NCBI GenBank assembly: GCA_963691875.1
Contig: OY829846.1
Location: 3,936,001-4,000,000, forward strand
DNA length: 64,000 nucleotides
Source of the DNA: Aureliella sp.
GTDB taxonomy: Bacteria; Planctomycetota; Planctomycetia; Pirellulales; Pirellulaceae
Reading direction: 5' to 3'
Under the pieces are notes generated by a model, which saw only the letters and a list, made by a program, of their open reading frames with translations, did no database searches and was not told where the DNA came from. A program made the translations under genes and the position numbers. The stretch's first letter is position 1. Every line of letters starts with the position of its first letter. Below are positions 1 through 10,343 of this stretch, piece by piece.

Positions 1-138
1 AACTTGACCTCCATGCAAATTGAGTAGTGCGACCAAAGAAAATATCGCAACTAACCGAATAGATCAATATCAATCATCGAGATTAGGAATGCGAGTATCA
101 CACCGCTTGATACAAGACGCAAACCCTTGGAAGCAGGC

Positions 139-2094
139 CTAGGCAGCTCTGCGAGTGAGATGCGGAGCCTCGATGAGACGTCCATCCTGAATTTCGAAGA
201 CGCGATCTGCCAATTCGAGGAGTTTCTCACGGTGCGTGATGATGATCATAGTTCGATCGCCACGGTGTTCAGTCAGAGCCTCACGAATTGCCTGCTCACT
301 AGCCATATCGATCTGGCTTGTCGCTTCGTCCAGAATCAGAATCTCTGGATCGCAGAGTAGTGCACGAGCTAAAGCGATTCTCTGCCGCTGGCCTCCGCTA
401 AGTCGATTGCCGTTCTGGCCAACGCGTGTTTCGTAACCTTCGCTCAACACGGTCGAGATAAAGTCGTGAGCTTGGGCCGCCTTGGCCGCTGCAATCACTT
501 CTTTATCCGATGCATCGGGGCGACCATATCGAATGTTGTAGCTAACACTCTCGTCAAAAAGGTCGGTATGCTGAGTCACGAGACCAATCCGACCACGAAT
601 ATCGTCGATTCTCATGTCTCGAAAGTCCACACCATCAAGAGTTAGAGAGCCCCGGTTCGGGTCGTAGAAACGATTGAGCAAGTGAATCAACGTCGACTTT
701 CCACTTCCATTGTGGCCGACAATCGCAATGGTCGATCCGAAAGGAACTGACAAACTCATGTCTTGAAGAATTGGTGTGTCTTCCTTGTAGCCAAAATGAA
801 GGTCATGGAACGCCAGTTCACGGTGAGGAACCTCAACAGACTTAGACTCTCTAGGACTCTCAATCAGATTTTTGCGATCCAAGATTCCGAAGATTGCGTC
901 AGCGGCCATCGAGCCAGCGTAGATCGAGGAGTAGACAGCTGAGAGTTTACGAAGCGGGTCACTCACACCAATCAACATCCCAAAGAACACAAGCAATGCA
1001 GAAACAGTCAATTGCTCTTCACTGATAGGAATACCCAGTATCGAAGTCTCTTGGTTCAGGACGAGATAGGCCCCGCCAATGATCGTAGTACCCAGCATTC
1101 CTAAACCAAGAAACTCGATGATTGGCTTTGAGAGCGAAGTGTAGAAAACAAACTTGAGCCCAAAGTCGCGAACCGCCTCGGTAGCATCACCAAAACGCTG
1201 CGACTCTCGTTGCTCCATTCCAAATGCTTGAATCGTATTGATGTTTCCCAAGCCTTCAAGCATCACGCTGTGATAGTTGGATGCCTTCTCAAGTTGAGTC
1301 TTCGCAACCGATCGCAGCCGCTTGGTGACGTAGTACAACAGCAAACCCACTACCGGTGCAACGATGATACTCATCAGCAGCAGCCGCCAGCAAATGATGC
1401 CGGCACCCACTAAACAGGAGATCATTTTGAGAGGCTCACGCATGGCCCCTCCGAGCATGCTAATCATCCCATTAGAGAGCATGTCAGACGTGTGGGCGAT
1501 GTTTGCCGTGAAAGTTCCTGTACCATGCTCTGAATAGCCTTTGCGATCCATGAACAGAGCTTTGTCGTAAACATTCATGCGTAAAGTACGAGAGACATTG
1601 AGAGCAACCCGCCCGACTAAGACCTCGCCACCGATCAAGAAAACATGCTTGACCAAAGTGGACAGAATCAACAGCCCAACAAGCAATGCTATCGTTTCAA
1701 AAGGATCGTTAGGAACGAAGTTCTTGATCCACCAGCTCATTGTTCGATACCACTCGCGCTTCCTGAGAGCATCGACTAGTTCTTCTTTGGCTGCACGAGC
1801 CGACTGCTGAGAACGTTCAGCTAATTCGGGATCGACTTGGTCGACATTTACAGACCGTGCTAGATGATCGGTCCAAAGGATTTGAGAAGCGTTTACGGAT
1901 TGTTCGTAACGTTCGATTTCTTCGTCAATCCAGGTATGCATTGACTTCCCGTCAATCGTTACCTCAAGAATTGGATAGAAGGCACCTATATTCGCGCCCC
2001 ATAGACCGGCTACCGCAAACGAGCAGATCGTCGCGATGAGCAAGCTAGGCCAGAATTTCAACGCACCTCGTAAAGCGCGAAAGAAGTTCTTCAT
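139..2094 (-). CDS. ABC transporter fused permease/ATP-binding protein (MsbA-like exporter)
   Basis: 651 aa. N-terminal TM helices, Walker A GHNGSGKST, signature LSGGQRQR, Walker B ILILDEATS, H-loop IITHR. Confidence 0.93.
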   Translation of the reverse strand: MKNFFRALRGALKFWPSLLIATICSFAVAGLWGANIGAFYPILEVTIDGKSMHTWIDEEIERYEQSVNASQILWTDHLARSVNVDQVDPELAERSQQSARAAKEELVDALRKREWYRTMSWWIKNFVPNDPFETIALLVGLLILSTLVKHVFLIGGEVLVGRVALNVSRTLRMNVYDKALFMDRKGYSEHGTGTFTANIAHTSDMLSNGMISMLGGAMREPLKMISCLVGAGIICWRLLLMSIIVAPVVGLLLYYVTKRLRSVAKTQLEKASNYHSVMLEGLGNINTIQAFGMEQRESQRFGDATEAVRDFGLKFVFYTSLSKPIIEFLGLGMLGTTIIGGAYLVLNQETSILGIPISEEQLTVSALLVFFGMLIGVSDPLRKLSAVYSSIYAGSMAADAIFGILDRKNLIESPRESKSVEVPHRELAFHDLHFGYKEDTPILQDMSLSVPFGSTIAIVGHNGSGKSTLIHLLNRFYDPNRGSLTLDGVDFRDMRIDDIRGRIGLVTQHTDLFDESVSYNIRYGRPDASDKEVIAAAKAAQAHDFISTVLSEGYETRVGQNGNRLSGGQRQRIALARALLCDPEILILDEATSQIDMASEQAIREALTEHRGDRTMIIITHREKLLELADRVFEIQDGRLIEAPHLTRRAA

Positions 2095-2359
2095 GCATCA
2101 ATACCCAATGTGCTCTGGCGAAATGAGACCATCGGCGGCGGCACTTTCGCAAGTGGCAACGCAAACCCGTTCCAGTCGTAAGTTGGGATGTTTACACAAT
2201 CACCAATCCGAATACCAGATCAGTACTTCGACCGTCGGTGCAAAATGACTCTCAACAGTGCTAGCAAATCTTTTCGTGTCTCCCTTTCAGCCCGAACCCA
2301 CGACAAGCCAACTACGCTGTATCACCGCATTCGAATCGTCCCGGGCAAAAACCGCCTTG

Positions 2360-4855
2360 TTACTTCCGGAAAATATCGCTTCGGACAATGGCTTCGATCA
2401 AACTTTTCAAGGAATAGCCTTCGTCCGCTAGCGGCTCAAGGATGCCATCGATGGCAGCGCGATCGCTGGGCTCCATGCGCCTACCCAATGCGTGCGTCAG
2501 CAACTTGGCAGTTAGATTTCGAGCAAAGAATTTCTGTCGCTCCAACAACAACTGCTTGAGCTCTCCAAGCCCTGAGAATTTGGAACCGCCTGGAAGCTCA
2601 CCAGAAGTGTCGATACGCTCCTTGCGCCGAGAGTCGTAAAACGCGCGCTCCCGACCAATTGCATCAAAGGACTCCAATGCAAAGCCCAGTGGATCGATCT
2701 TGCGATGACACTGATTACAAGTGTCGCTCTCCCGGTGTTTGTTGAAAAGATCGCGGATTGACTTCGCTCCGCGTACATCAGGATCAATTGCCGGTACATC
2801 ATCTGGTGGCGGAGGTGTAGGTGTCCCCAAAATGTTCTCAAGCATCCACACACCGCGTACCACCGGAGAAGTGTCGATCCCATTGGCGGATACGGTATGG
2901 ATACTTGATTGCCCGAGCAATCCTCCGCGACTTTCCTTAGCTGAATCTCCAAATTCGATGCGGCGAAATTCGTGGGCAGCGGCAGCGGGGACTTGTTCCA
3001 CCACACCGTAGAGCTTGGCAAGATCACGGTTCACAAAAGAATGCTTGGCGCTCAGTAGCTCAGCTACCGGTCTGTTCTGGTCAAGGATCTCCCGGAAGAA
3101 CAAACGCGTTTCCTGCTTGCTATCCACCTCCAAATTCGCGGCATAGTAAAACCAGAAATCCCCTTCGTCGGGTGGCATGCTCCCAAGTGAGCGCAAGGCC
3201 AGCCAGCTATCTAAGAAATCTGCGATGAAGGCATCCGATACCTTGCTACTCAGAAGTCGACGGGCTTCAGCGAGCAACGTCGATTCTCGCCGCAATTTTC
3301 CGTTCGCAGCCAGCTGCAAAAGTTGTTCATCAGGCATCGTGGAGGTAAGGAAGTAGGCCAGTCTCTCTGCCAGGGCAAAATCGGATTCCGTACCCAATTC
3401 CGATTTCTGAAAGTAAAGGAACTCGGGTGAACACAGAATGGATTTCAACGTGTCTTGGAACGCTTTCTCAACCGATCGCCCCAATTCGCGCCGCTTCTTC
3501 CAAAAGTTCACGAGATCTTGCACTTCCTGCGACTCCACGTCACGCCGGAACGCGCGTCTCGCAAAACCCTCCAAGCGATCTGAGACCTGTCCTGTTGAAA
3601 GTGACGCGGCATCCAGCAACAGACTTCGACTGCGATTTGGCCATTGATAGTTAATCGGCCCTTTGATCTCGACTTCCGAAATACGGATATGCGGAATCTG
3701 GGCGTGTTGAATCAACGCGATGCGCTGCAGGAAAATCCCTTTCTCGCTTCGAATCTTCTCTGGAAGCCTGTCCTTGTCATAACGATAGAGCCTTCCGACC
3801 ATACCGCGAAAGTCATGATGACCGTTCTCAAAGGTAAAACGCGGTGCGAACCCGCGATCCAGTGGCACCTCGAACCGATACCACTGGAACTCGTCGCCTG
3901 AAACGAGCCGTTCCGCGAGCAACGGTTGAATTGGCTGGCGATGCACCATATCCTCGATCCGCGTATCGCCAGGACGAATTCCAAGCCGAAAAGGCTCTGC
4001 CAGATCGAGCTTCAACGCTTTGGCACTATAAGGCGTATCTAAGTGCATAGCTTTTGCCAAGACACGTACTTCGTAAACACCGGCTACAGGTACACCTTGC
4101 TTAAAGTTTGAGATTGGACCATAGCCGCCTTCGATTTTATCGTTGAAGGGATGATCATAGAGGCAGAGATAGCGGTTGTTGAATGCTTTCTTATGGCCTG
4201 ACGACAATTCAGCTTGCTGATAAAAATCACCTTTGAAACTCCAACTCTGCTCCTCCGGTTTCGCAGAAACTTCAAAAGCCTTCTCGACGCTCAGCTCGGC
4301 CGCCTTGAAGTAGCTCTCAAGGAGATGAGCTGACATCACTTGCGTATCACCGATCGTATCGAAGCTCTCCGGAGCATCCCTGGGAAATTCAATACTTGGA
4401 TCGAACATTGTCATATCGATGCCAAGCAGATCTCGGACAGTGTTTCGATACTCGCGTTGATTCAGACGACGCAATACCGTTCGACTACCCGTGCTTTGCG
4501 TTTCTTGCCGCATAGCCTGTAGACGATTCGTCAGTTTTCGAATTCCTTGAAGGCGCTCTTCGGCAGTTGGTTGCTCCGCATCATCGGGAGGCATTGTCTT
4601 GAGTGTCAGTTGGTCAATGGCATCTTGCAAGAGAAGCTGCGAGTCAAAGTCCGACTTGGAAAAGTCCAGGCTTTCTAGATCACGCTGCCCATCGGGCTCA
4701 GAGCCCTGGTGACAATCCACGCAGTAGCGGGTTAAGAACGCTTTGCCATTTGAATCCAGTTCGTCAGAGCCAAATACAACCGATGCGCTAACAAACGATA
4801 CGAACAGCGCGGCTAGCCAGACCGCAAGCTTCAACACATACATGCTAGGCACCAT
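2360..4855 (-). CDS. Planctomycete cytochrome c domain protein (DUF1587/DUF1595/DUF1592/DUF1588/DUF1585 architecture)
   Basis: 831 aa. Signal peptide; heme motifs CVDCH and CNQCH; RRLNQREYRNTVRDLLG, SPEFLY, TSPVVRG and IDPLGFALESFDAIG segments typical of the family. TAATG overlap with the upstream DUF1552 gene. Confidence 0.9.
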   Translation of the reverse strand: MVPSMYVLKLAVWLAALFVSFVSASVVFGSDELDSNGKAFLTRYCVDCHQGSEPDGQRDLESLDFSKSDFDSQLLLQDAIDQLTLKTMPPDDAEQPTAEERLQGIRKLTNRLQAMRQETQSTGSRTVLRRLNQREYRNTVRDLLGIDMTMFDPSIEFPRDAPESFDTIGDTQVMSAHLLESYFKAAELSVEKAFEVSAKPEEQSWSFKGDFYQQAELSSGHKKAFNNRYLCLYDHPFNDKIEGGYGPISNFKQGVPVAGVYEVRVLAKAMHLDTPYSAKALKLDLAEPFRLGIRPGDTRIEDMVHRQPIQPLLAERLVSGDEFQWYRFEVPLDRGFAPRFTFENGHHDFRGMVGRLYRYDKDRLPEKIRSEKGIFLQRIALIQHAQIPHIRISEVEIKGPINYQWPNRSRSLLLDAASLSTGQVSDRLEGFARRAFRRDVESQEVQDLVNFWKKRRELGRSVEKAFQDTLKSILCSPEFLYFQKSELGTESDFALAERLAYFLTSTMPDEQLLQLAANGKLRRESTLLAEARRLLSSKVSDAFIADFLDSWLALRSLGSMPPDEGDFWFYYAANLEVDSKQETRLFFREILDQNRPVAELLSAKHSFVNRDLAKLYGVVEQVPAAAAHEFRRIEFGDSAKESRGGLLGQSSIHTVSANGIDTSPVVRGVWMLENILGTPTPPPPDDVPAIDPDVRGAKSIRDLFNKHRESDTCNQCHRKIDPLGFALESFDAIGRERAFYDSRRKERIDTSGELPGGSKFSGLGELKQLLLERQKFFARNLTAKLLTHALGRRMEPSDRAAIDGILEPLADEGYSLKSLIEAIVRSDIFRK

Positions 4856-6183
4856 TACGAAAGGCCTCGCAACGTGCCGGTGCTCGTGGCGAAGTGATCT
4901 GCCTCGGCTCCAAACTCTTGAAGCATCGAAACGTATAGATTGGTCAGTGGCGGTCTTCCTAAAGCTTTGGCATCAAAACTCAATTGCTTGCCGTGATTCC
5001 AGCTGCCTCCAGCTAGAACGACCGGCAGATTCGAATTGGTGTGGGAGTTCGCGTTGCCCATACCGCTACCGAATAACACACTCGTTTGACTCAACAGGCT
5101 ACTTTCACCTTCCGCAGCCTCTGCCAACTTGCCAAGAAATCGCGCAAACTGATGGATCTGATATTCCTCGATTTGAACCAGAGAGTCGATAGCGGCTTGG
5201 CGGTGTCCGTGGTGGGATAAGCTATGGTAGCCTCCCTTGATGCCAAGATCTTTAGGATTGAAGTCTCCTCCGATCTCTAACGTTGCAATGCGCGTCGAAT
5301 CCGTTTGCAGCGCGAGCAAGACCAAGTCGTATAACAACGGCAGATCTTCTACCATGTTTCGATTCTTGGGCTCTGCCAGAGGTGCCTTCGGCTTTGGTCG
5401 ATCTACCCAATCGCGCCTCAGTTCGATCCGCTTTTCAACTTCACGAACGGAAGTCATGTACTCGTCCAACTTGTGCCGATCCGCCGTATTCAGTTGCTTC
5501 TCCAGCTGTTTTGATTGCCCTAGAACTTCATCAAGGATTGAAGACTGGAGTTCAAACCTCTCTGCCTCTTTTAACTTGTCAGATTCACTCGTACCGACAA
5601 AGAGCTTGCGAAACAACTCTTGTGGGCCAGTGATAGGAGGCACTCGGGTGCCACTACGCGTCCAAGAAAGTTGGCACCCACCGTGGATGCCAGATTCACT
5701 GCCAATCGTCAGGGTTGGAAAACGAGTTTGTCCCGGAATGAACTCGGCTGCGTATTGATCCAAAGTCATATTGGTTGTGGGCATCGACTTCGCGTCGATT
5801 TGCCGAACGCCCGACAAGAAAGCATGGATCGCAAAATGACCACCACTTAGCCCGTGATCAAGTCCTTCAATTAGCGTGAAATTCTGCTTTTGCGATTCCA
5901 GTGCCTTGCAGGTCGCCCCGAGCTCATAGTTGTTGCGAGTCACCAAGGATTGCCGCTTCGCTCCACTTTGACCGCTTTTCGAAACCGCGGACACAGGCCA
6001 GAAAGACTTCGGGTAAAAGCCCAGCATATTCCCGATGCACACCATGCGCTTGGGCGAGGCGGTGAGAGCAGGTTTTGCGCCAGCTGCTCCCATCGCCGAA
6101 GATGGCAGCAGTGGCAAGCTCAAGGAAACACCTACTGCGCGCAGTACATCACGTCGTCTTGGATTTTTCATTTCGAGATCCAT
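4855..6183 (-). CDS. DUF1552 (HXXSHH) family protein, Tat-like signal
   Basis: 442 aa. RRDVLR twin-arginine-like leader; YHSLSHH motif; GNANSH..NLPVVLAGG; usual partner of the adjacent DUF1592-type gene. Confidence 0.9.
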   Translation of the reverse strand: MDLEMKNPRRRDVLRAVGVSLSLPLLPSSAMGAAGAKPALTASPKRMVCIGNMLGFYPKSFWPVSAVSKSGQSGAKRQSLVTRNNYELGATCKALESQKQNFTLIEGLDHGLSGGHFAIHAFLSGVRQIDAKSMPTTNMTLDQYAAEFIPGQTRFPTLTIGSESGIHGGCQLSWTRSGTRVPPITGPQELFRKLFVGTSESDKLKEAERFELQSSILDEVLGQSKQLEKQLNTADRHKLDEYMTSVREVEKRIELRRDWVDRPKPKAPLAEPKNRNMVEDLPLLYDLVLLALQTDSTRIATLEIGGDFNPKDLGIKGGYHSLSHHGHRQAAIDSLVQIEEYQIHQFARFLGKLAEAAEGESSLLSQTSVLFGSGMGNANSHTNSNLPVVLAGGSWNHGKQLSFDAKALGRPPLTNLYVSMLQEFGAEADHFATSTGTLRGLS

Positions 6184-6483
6184 CGCGAGAAGGAAATACG
6201 GTTATCAAACTGGGGAGGGGATAGATTGGCCACTTTCAAAATCGTCGGCAAATTCACGTTCCACCATCCACTCAATGATAAGTGCTCCATCCGATAAGTT
6301 CCAACCCGCGGCTCGGAAACACAGCCCTGTGGGAATGTCCATACGGAATGACGGTGAGATATCCAAAGTGCAAGTGCAATCCTTGCACTCGTGCAGCTGC
6401 TGGACTGGAAGTGCCAAATGATAAGTTCCTGGTTTCCACCCGCCCGAATCTTGCAACTCGGTAAGTTAACAGCAATCAATGAA

Positions 6484-6690
6484 TCAGCAACGACCACTTG
6501 TTGAATCGGTAACACAACCGATGCCCAGTACGCGTTTGATTTTGGGAGCGCAGGCAACAGCCGCCTGAGTAATCAGCTCCATCGCAAGTGGTGCATCGGT
6601 TGTCGCAACCTGTCCTGTTTCCAGGCAAGAAAACCGCTCTATGTCATTGTCAAAGCGCTCGCGAATCTCGGCGGTTGAGGATTTCTTGCC
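6484..6690 (-). pseudogene. N-terminal remnant of a class I SAM-dependent methyltransferase
   Basis: Manual translation: GKKSSTAEIRERFDNDIERFSCLETGQVATTDAPLAMELITQAAVACAPKIKRVLGIGCV..RC-stop. No start codon; SAM motif I degraded (VLGIGCV for VLDIGCG); TGA at 6484-6486. Confidence 0.7.
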
Positions 6691-6735
6691 GAGAGGAGTT
6701 GGGATTGTTAACTCGAAACAGTCAAAAACAACTGA

Positions 6736-8481
6736 CTACAAATCAAGAATCCAGTCAGACATGAGTTTGAGTGTGGCCGGATCAAACGTCTCTTCAATAT
6801 CCCCGTACTCCGATGGCGAGCCGGTGTTCGCATGTTGGAAGAGATGATTGAGGTCGTCTAGCTCGACAACCTTGTAGTCTTCCGTAGGTGCGGCTTTCAA
6901 AGCCTTCTCAATTGCAGGCAGATTCAAGTCCGGATCGACTTGCAGATCCTTGCTGCCGTTGATGGCAAGTACCGCACAGCTCAGCTTCTCGAGGCTGGTA
7001 GTTGGCTCGTACTGCAAAAAATAGCGCATCCAAGGGCCAGTTAGTTGCGCCGCTGCGGCTTTGGCCGCCGCATTCGCTTCGGCAGAGCCTTCTTTTGCAT
7101 CGGTGAGTTCGACGACGAGTTCCAGCGCCTGTTCGACAAAAGTCTTCTCTACAAGCGGCGGATCTTGTAACGCTAGTTTTAGCAGCTCTCTCTGAAGTGC
7201 GGACTGTTGCTCGATGATTCTTTCTGAAGCTCCACTTGCCTTCAGAATCAAGACCGACTGACTTTTCAAGATCTCTTCACCATTGACTCCGGTGCCAGCC
7301 ATGAGAATCACAAAGGCAAGATCTTTGTCTTTAGCTGCGACCATCGGAGCAATGAGTCCGCCTTCACTGTGACCGCAGATGCCGATGTGCTTGGTATCGA
7401 TCTCAGGCAAAGATCTCAAGTATTCTACTGCAGCGGCGGCATCCGTAGAGAGATCCGTTGAAGTAGCGCTCGTATAGTCGCCTTCTGATTTGCCTACGCC
7501 ACGGTCGTCAAACCGAAGCACCGCAATTCCTTGACGAGAAAAGTGATCGGCGATCACCCAAAACGGCTTATGCCCCGCCAGCGCCTCATCGCGATCCTGA
7601 GGCCCTGAACCGCTGACCATCACCACTGCTGGCTTGAGATCGGCGCCCTGTTTCGGAATCGTCAATGTTCCAGCCAACTTGATGCCGGCAACTTCGTTTT
7701 CGAAGGTGACTTCTTGAACGGTGTAGGGAAAAGGCTCTTGTGGAGTCTGCGGCCGATTAGGCCCCGCAGCGCTCACATCCATTTCAGCCACATCTACTTT
7801 TTCGAGGACGAGCGAAGGCGAAACGAAGCCTTGCTTCCACTTACCTTCTAATTTTTCGCCATCTTCGCTCAGCGCCCCCGTAAAGGTACCTTTTATGCCG
7901 GGTACTTCGAAAACGATCTTTCCATCTTCTTCACTACGCTCGGCGACGAAGCCACCGGCTCGCTGACCAACACTGTCAAAGTAAAGCCTGCCGTCTACAA
8001 GCTCCCGAAATTGCACGTCCAATTTTTGCACCAGAATATTGATCGTGCCTTTCCAAAGTGCTTTCAATTTCTGCTTCGGAAACGCTTCAACTCGACCAAA
8101 CTTCAGAGGCAGCTTAACGGCACCCTGTATCCAATTCCCATCGGCGGATGAGGTATCGCTATCAAGCTTACCTTCAAACCGACCATTAGAGACTTTGATC
8201 AAGAAAGCAAATTCGTCGTCGCTTCTTTTCAGTTCCGCCAAGTCGAACTCAGCGCTGCCTTCGTCAAGGCTTTTCAACTTTCCGTTCCAATCGTCACCGC
8301 TTTTTCTTAGCGTTACTTCGAAACGAAAATGCCGCTGCCCAGCTTCGAGGACGCCAAACCAAAGCTCCTGCGCGGTGGCTTGCTCAGCTTCTTGAGCTTG
8401 AATGGACGCCAAGCCAAACGCCGATGCACATATCAGCAAAAAAAATGATCTGATGTGGTAGGTTCGCAGAACTTCAAGCAT
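6736..8481 (-). CDS. Secreted alpha/beta-fold hydrolase (esterase/peptidase-like)
   Basis: 581 aa. Signal peptide; GSGPQDRDE, DDRGVG, nucleophile GHSEGG, KDLQV, LNHLFQ. Confidence 0.88.
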   Translation of the reverse strand: MLEVLRTYHIRSFFLLICASAFGLASIQAQEAEQATAQELWFGVLEAGQRHFRFEVTLRKSGDDWNGKLKSLDEGSAEFDLAELKRSDDEFAFLIKVSNGRFEGKLDSDTSSADGNWIQGAVKLPLKFGRVEAFPKQKLKALWKGTINILVQKLDVQFRELVDGRLYFDSVGQRAGGFVAERSEEDGKIVFEVPGIKGTFTGALSEDGEKLEGKWKQGFVSPSLVLEKVDVAEMDVSAAGPNRPQTPQEPFPYTVQEVTFENEVAGIKLAGTLTIPKQGADLKPAVVMVSGSGPQDRDEALAGHKPFWVIADHFSRQGIAVLRFDDRGVGKSEGDYTSATSTDLSTDAAAAVEYLRSLPEIDTKHIGICGHSEGGLIAPMVAAKDKDLAFVILMAGTGVNGEEILKSQSVLILKASGASERIIEQQSALQRELLKLALQDPPLVEKTFVEQALELVVELTDAKEGSAEANAAAKAAAAQLTGPWMRYFLQYEPTTSLEKLSCAVLAINGSKDLQVDPDLNLPAIEKALKAAPTEDYKVVELDDLNHLFQHANTGSPSEYGDIEETFDPATLKLMSDWILDL

Positions 8482-8574
8482 GAATGGACTTTCCTTGAAA
8501 CTTCTTAATCATTGGTTCGAAACGGATCCGGTCGCAAGCACAAGTCGCGTCTTCGACAAAGATCTTGTCGTGGT

Positions 8575-10038
8575 CTATTTCGGTTCGGCCCGCGGCACCC
8601 AAATGTCGTATTGTCTTGCACTTTGGCCCTGCCAGTACGGCGAGGAATCCCACAGCGGTACGGTCGGCAACAGTGCCTCCCATTCAGCCAACTGACGATA
8701 AAGGTCACGGAATTCACTGGTACGTTTCTGGGATAGGTCTTCTGACTCTGCAATGTCCTCTGCTGGATTAAAGAACTCGGCTGGCCGATGCGAAAGCCGA
8801 ACCAACTTGAGGTCACCAGCTCGGATCGCAGCTTGTCCTTGCAATCGCCAAAACAAAGTTCGTCGCACGGGCTTAGCTTTGCCGGTCAATATTGGCAGCA
8901 AATCGATACCATCGTAGGCGCCAAACTTCTTGACTCCTCGGGCTCTCGTCTTTTTGTCTTCGTGAGAACGAGCTTCGCCCAGTGGCAATGGCTTTGCATC
9001 CGCTGCTGCCATGAATGTCGGTAACAGATCCAAGCTGGACATCACTGCCTCGCTGGTTCGATTCTTGGGGATTTGAACTGGCCACGACCAAATCATCGGG
9101 ATGCGAACGCCGCCTTCCTTCAAACAACCTTTACAACCGGAGAGCGGACCGTTCCAACTCGCGTTGCCGGTCGCACCGCCGTTGTCCGAGAAGAAGACAA
9201 TGAGTGTATTTTCCATCTGTCCGGATTGCTTCAATTCATCGACGACTCGGCCAACTCCACGATCCATGGCCCACATCATGGCTGCATAAGTGCGCCGCTT
9301 GCGATCCCGTAGGTGTTCAAAGCGTGCCAGGTCGTCTTCAGTCGCTTGCAAAGGTCCGTGTGGTGCATTGTACGAAAGGTACATAAACCAAGGTTTTTCT
9401 GGCTTCGATTTACCTTTCTCTTCCTGGCTTCGTTTGCGGATCCAGTCTATCGCTTCGTCGGTAAAAAAGTCGGTGAGGTAAGGGCTAGAGAACTCTTTCA
9501 GCGGATCGCCATTTCTTTCCAGCTTGTTGTTCGCAGGGTCAGGGAAGTAGGTATGTCCGCCGCCAAGCATCCCACAGAAATAATCGAAGCCACGTTCCTG
9601 CGGATGAAAGCCTGGCCCGGTGCCTTGATGCCACTTGCCAATCAATGACGTCGCGTAACCTGCAGCGCGGAGGTGATCGGCCAGAGTCCATTCCCCAGGC
9701 GGCAAGCCCAACAATTCCGGGCGAGTCGCGTAATTGGCCGATGATTGGTTCAAGTTTCCTTCGTAGCCAAAGCGTCGTGGGTCACGACCTGTCAGGAGTC
9801 CCGCGCGGGAGGGAGAGCATACAGAACTAGCGACATAAGCCTGCGTGCAAAGGACACCTGACTTAGCCAAGGCATCCATATTTGGTGTTCTCAAGTGTTC
9901 GCTACCCATGCAGCCTAAATCCCCGTAGCCCATGTCGTCGGCCAGGATGATCAGTATGTTGGGCTGAGCCGCTGGCACAGCGGCGGTCCAAACTAGGCCA
10001 AGTAAAAGTGTGGACAAAGCGGAAATTGAGCGAACCAT
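8575..10038 (-). CDS. Formylglycine-dependent (S1) sulfatase
   Basis: 487 aa. Signal peptide; PNILIILADDMGYGD, CSPSRAGLLTGR, GKWH, SDNGG. Confidence 0.95.
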   Translation of the reverse strand: MVRSISALSTLLLGLVWTAAVPAAQPNILIILADDMGYGDLGCMGSEHLRTPNMDALAKSGVLCTQAYVASSVCSPSRAGLLTGRDPRRFGYEGNLNQSSANYATRPELLGLPPGEWTLADHLRAAGYATSLIGKWHQGTGPGFHPQERGFDYFCGMLGGGHTYFPDPANNKLERNGDPLKEFSSPYLTDFFTDEAIDWIRKRSQEEKGKSKPEKPWFMYLSYNAPHGPLQATEDDLARFEHLRDRKRRTYAAMMWAMDRGVGRVVDELKQSGQMENTLIVFFSDNGGATGNASWNGPLSGCKGCLKEGGVRIPMIWSWPVQIPKNRTSEAVMSSLDLLPTFMAAADAKPLPLGEARSHEDKKTRARGVKKFGAYDGIDLLPILTGKAKPVRRTLFWRLQGQAAIRAGDLKLVRLSHRPAEFFNPAEDIAESEDLSQKRTSEFRDLYRQLAEWEALLPTVPLWDSSPYWQGQSARQYDIWVPRAEPK

Positions 10039-10343
10039 CTCGGGCCTTGGTGTTTCGAGTAAGTGGGGGATTTACACCACAATTGTATTCGGCTCACTCT
10101 CGTTGCGGAGCGATGGACGTTGCATTCCAATACTTTTGGCTGATGACATCGTTTTCAGCCGATAAGCGTTAACGTCTGTTCCACGTAGTTTGATATCAGG
10201 CCCACATAACTGGCCCGCCGTTCGATTCAATCAGTGATCACTATTGATTGACGTACGGTCTACCAGGCTCATTCGCTCCGAGAACCGGAGCAAGCACTCT
10301 GCCGGTGAGATTGCGAGAGCCTTTCACAAACCCTAAGAAAAAC

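Noticed and set aside
1..138. Minus-strand hydrophobic stretch GLRLVSSGVILAFLISMIDIDLFG* resembling a membrane-protein N-terminus
   Set aside because: No clear start or RBS, an early stop, and it is cut by the window edge.
6168..6557. Short ORFs 6205-6456 (CKDCTC) and 6168-6557
   Set aside because: Overlapping alternative frames with no recognisable family or RBS. The methyltransferase remnant explains the upstream part better.
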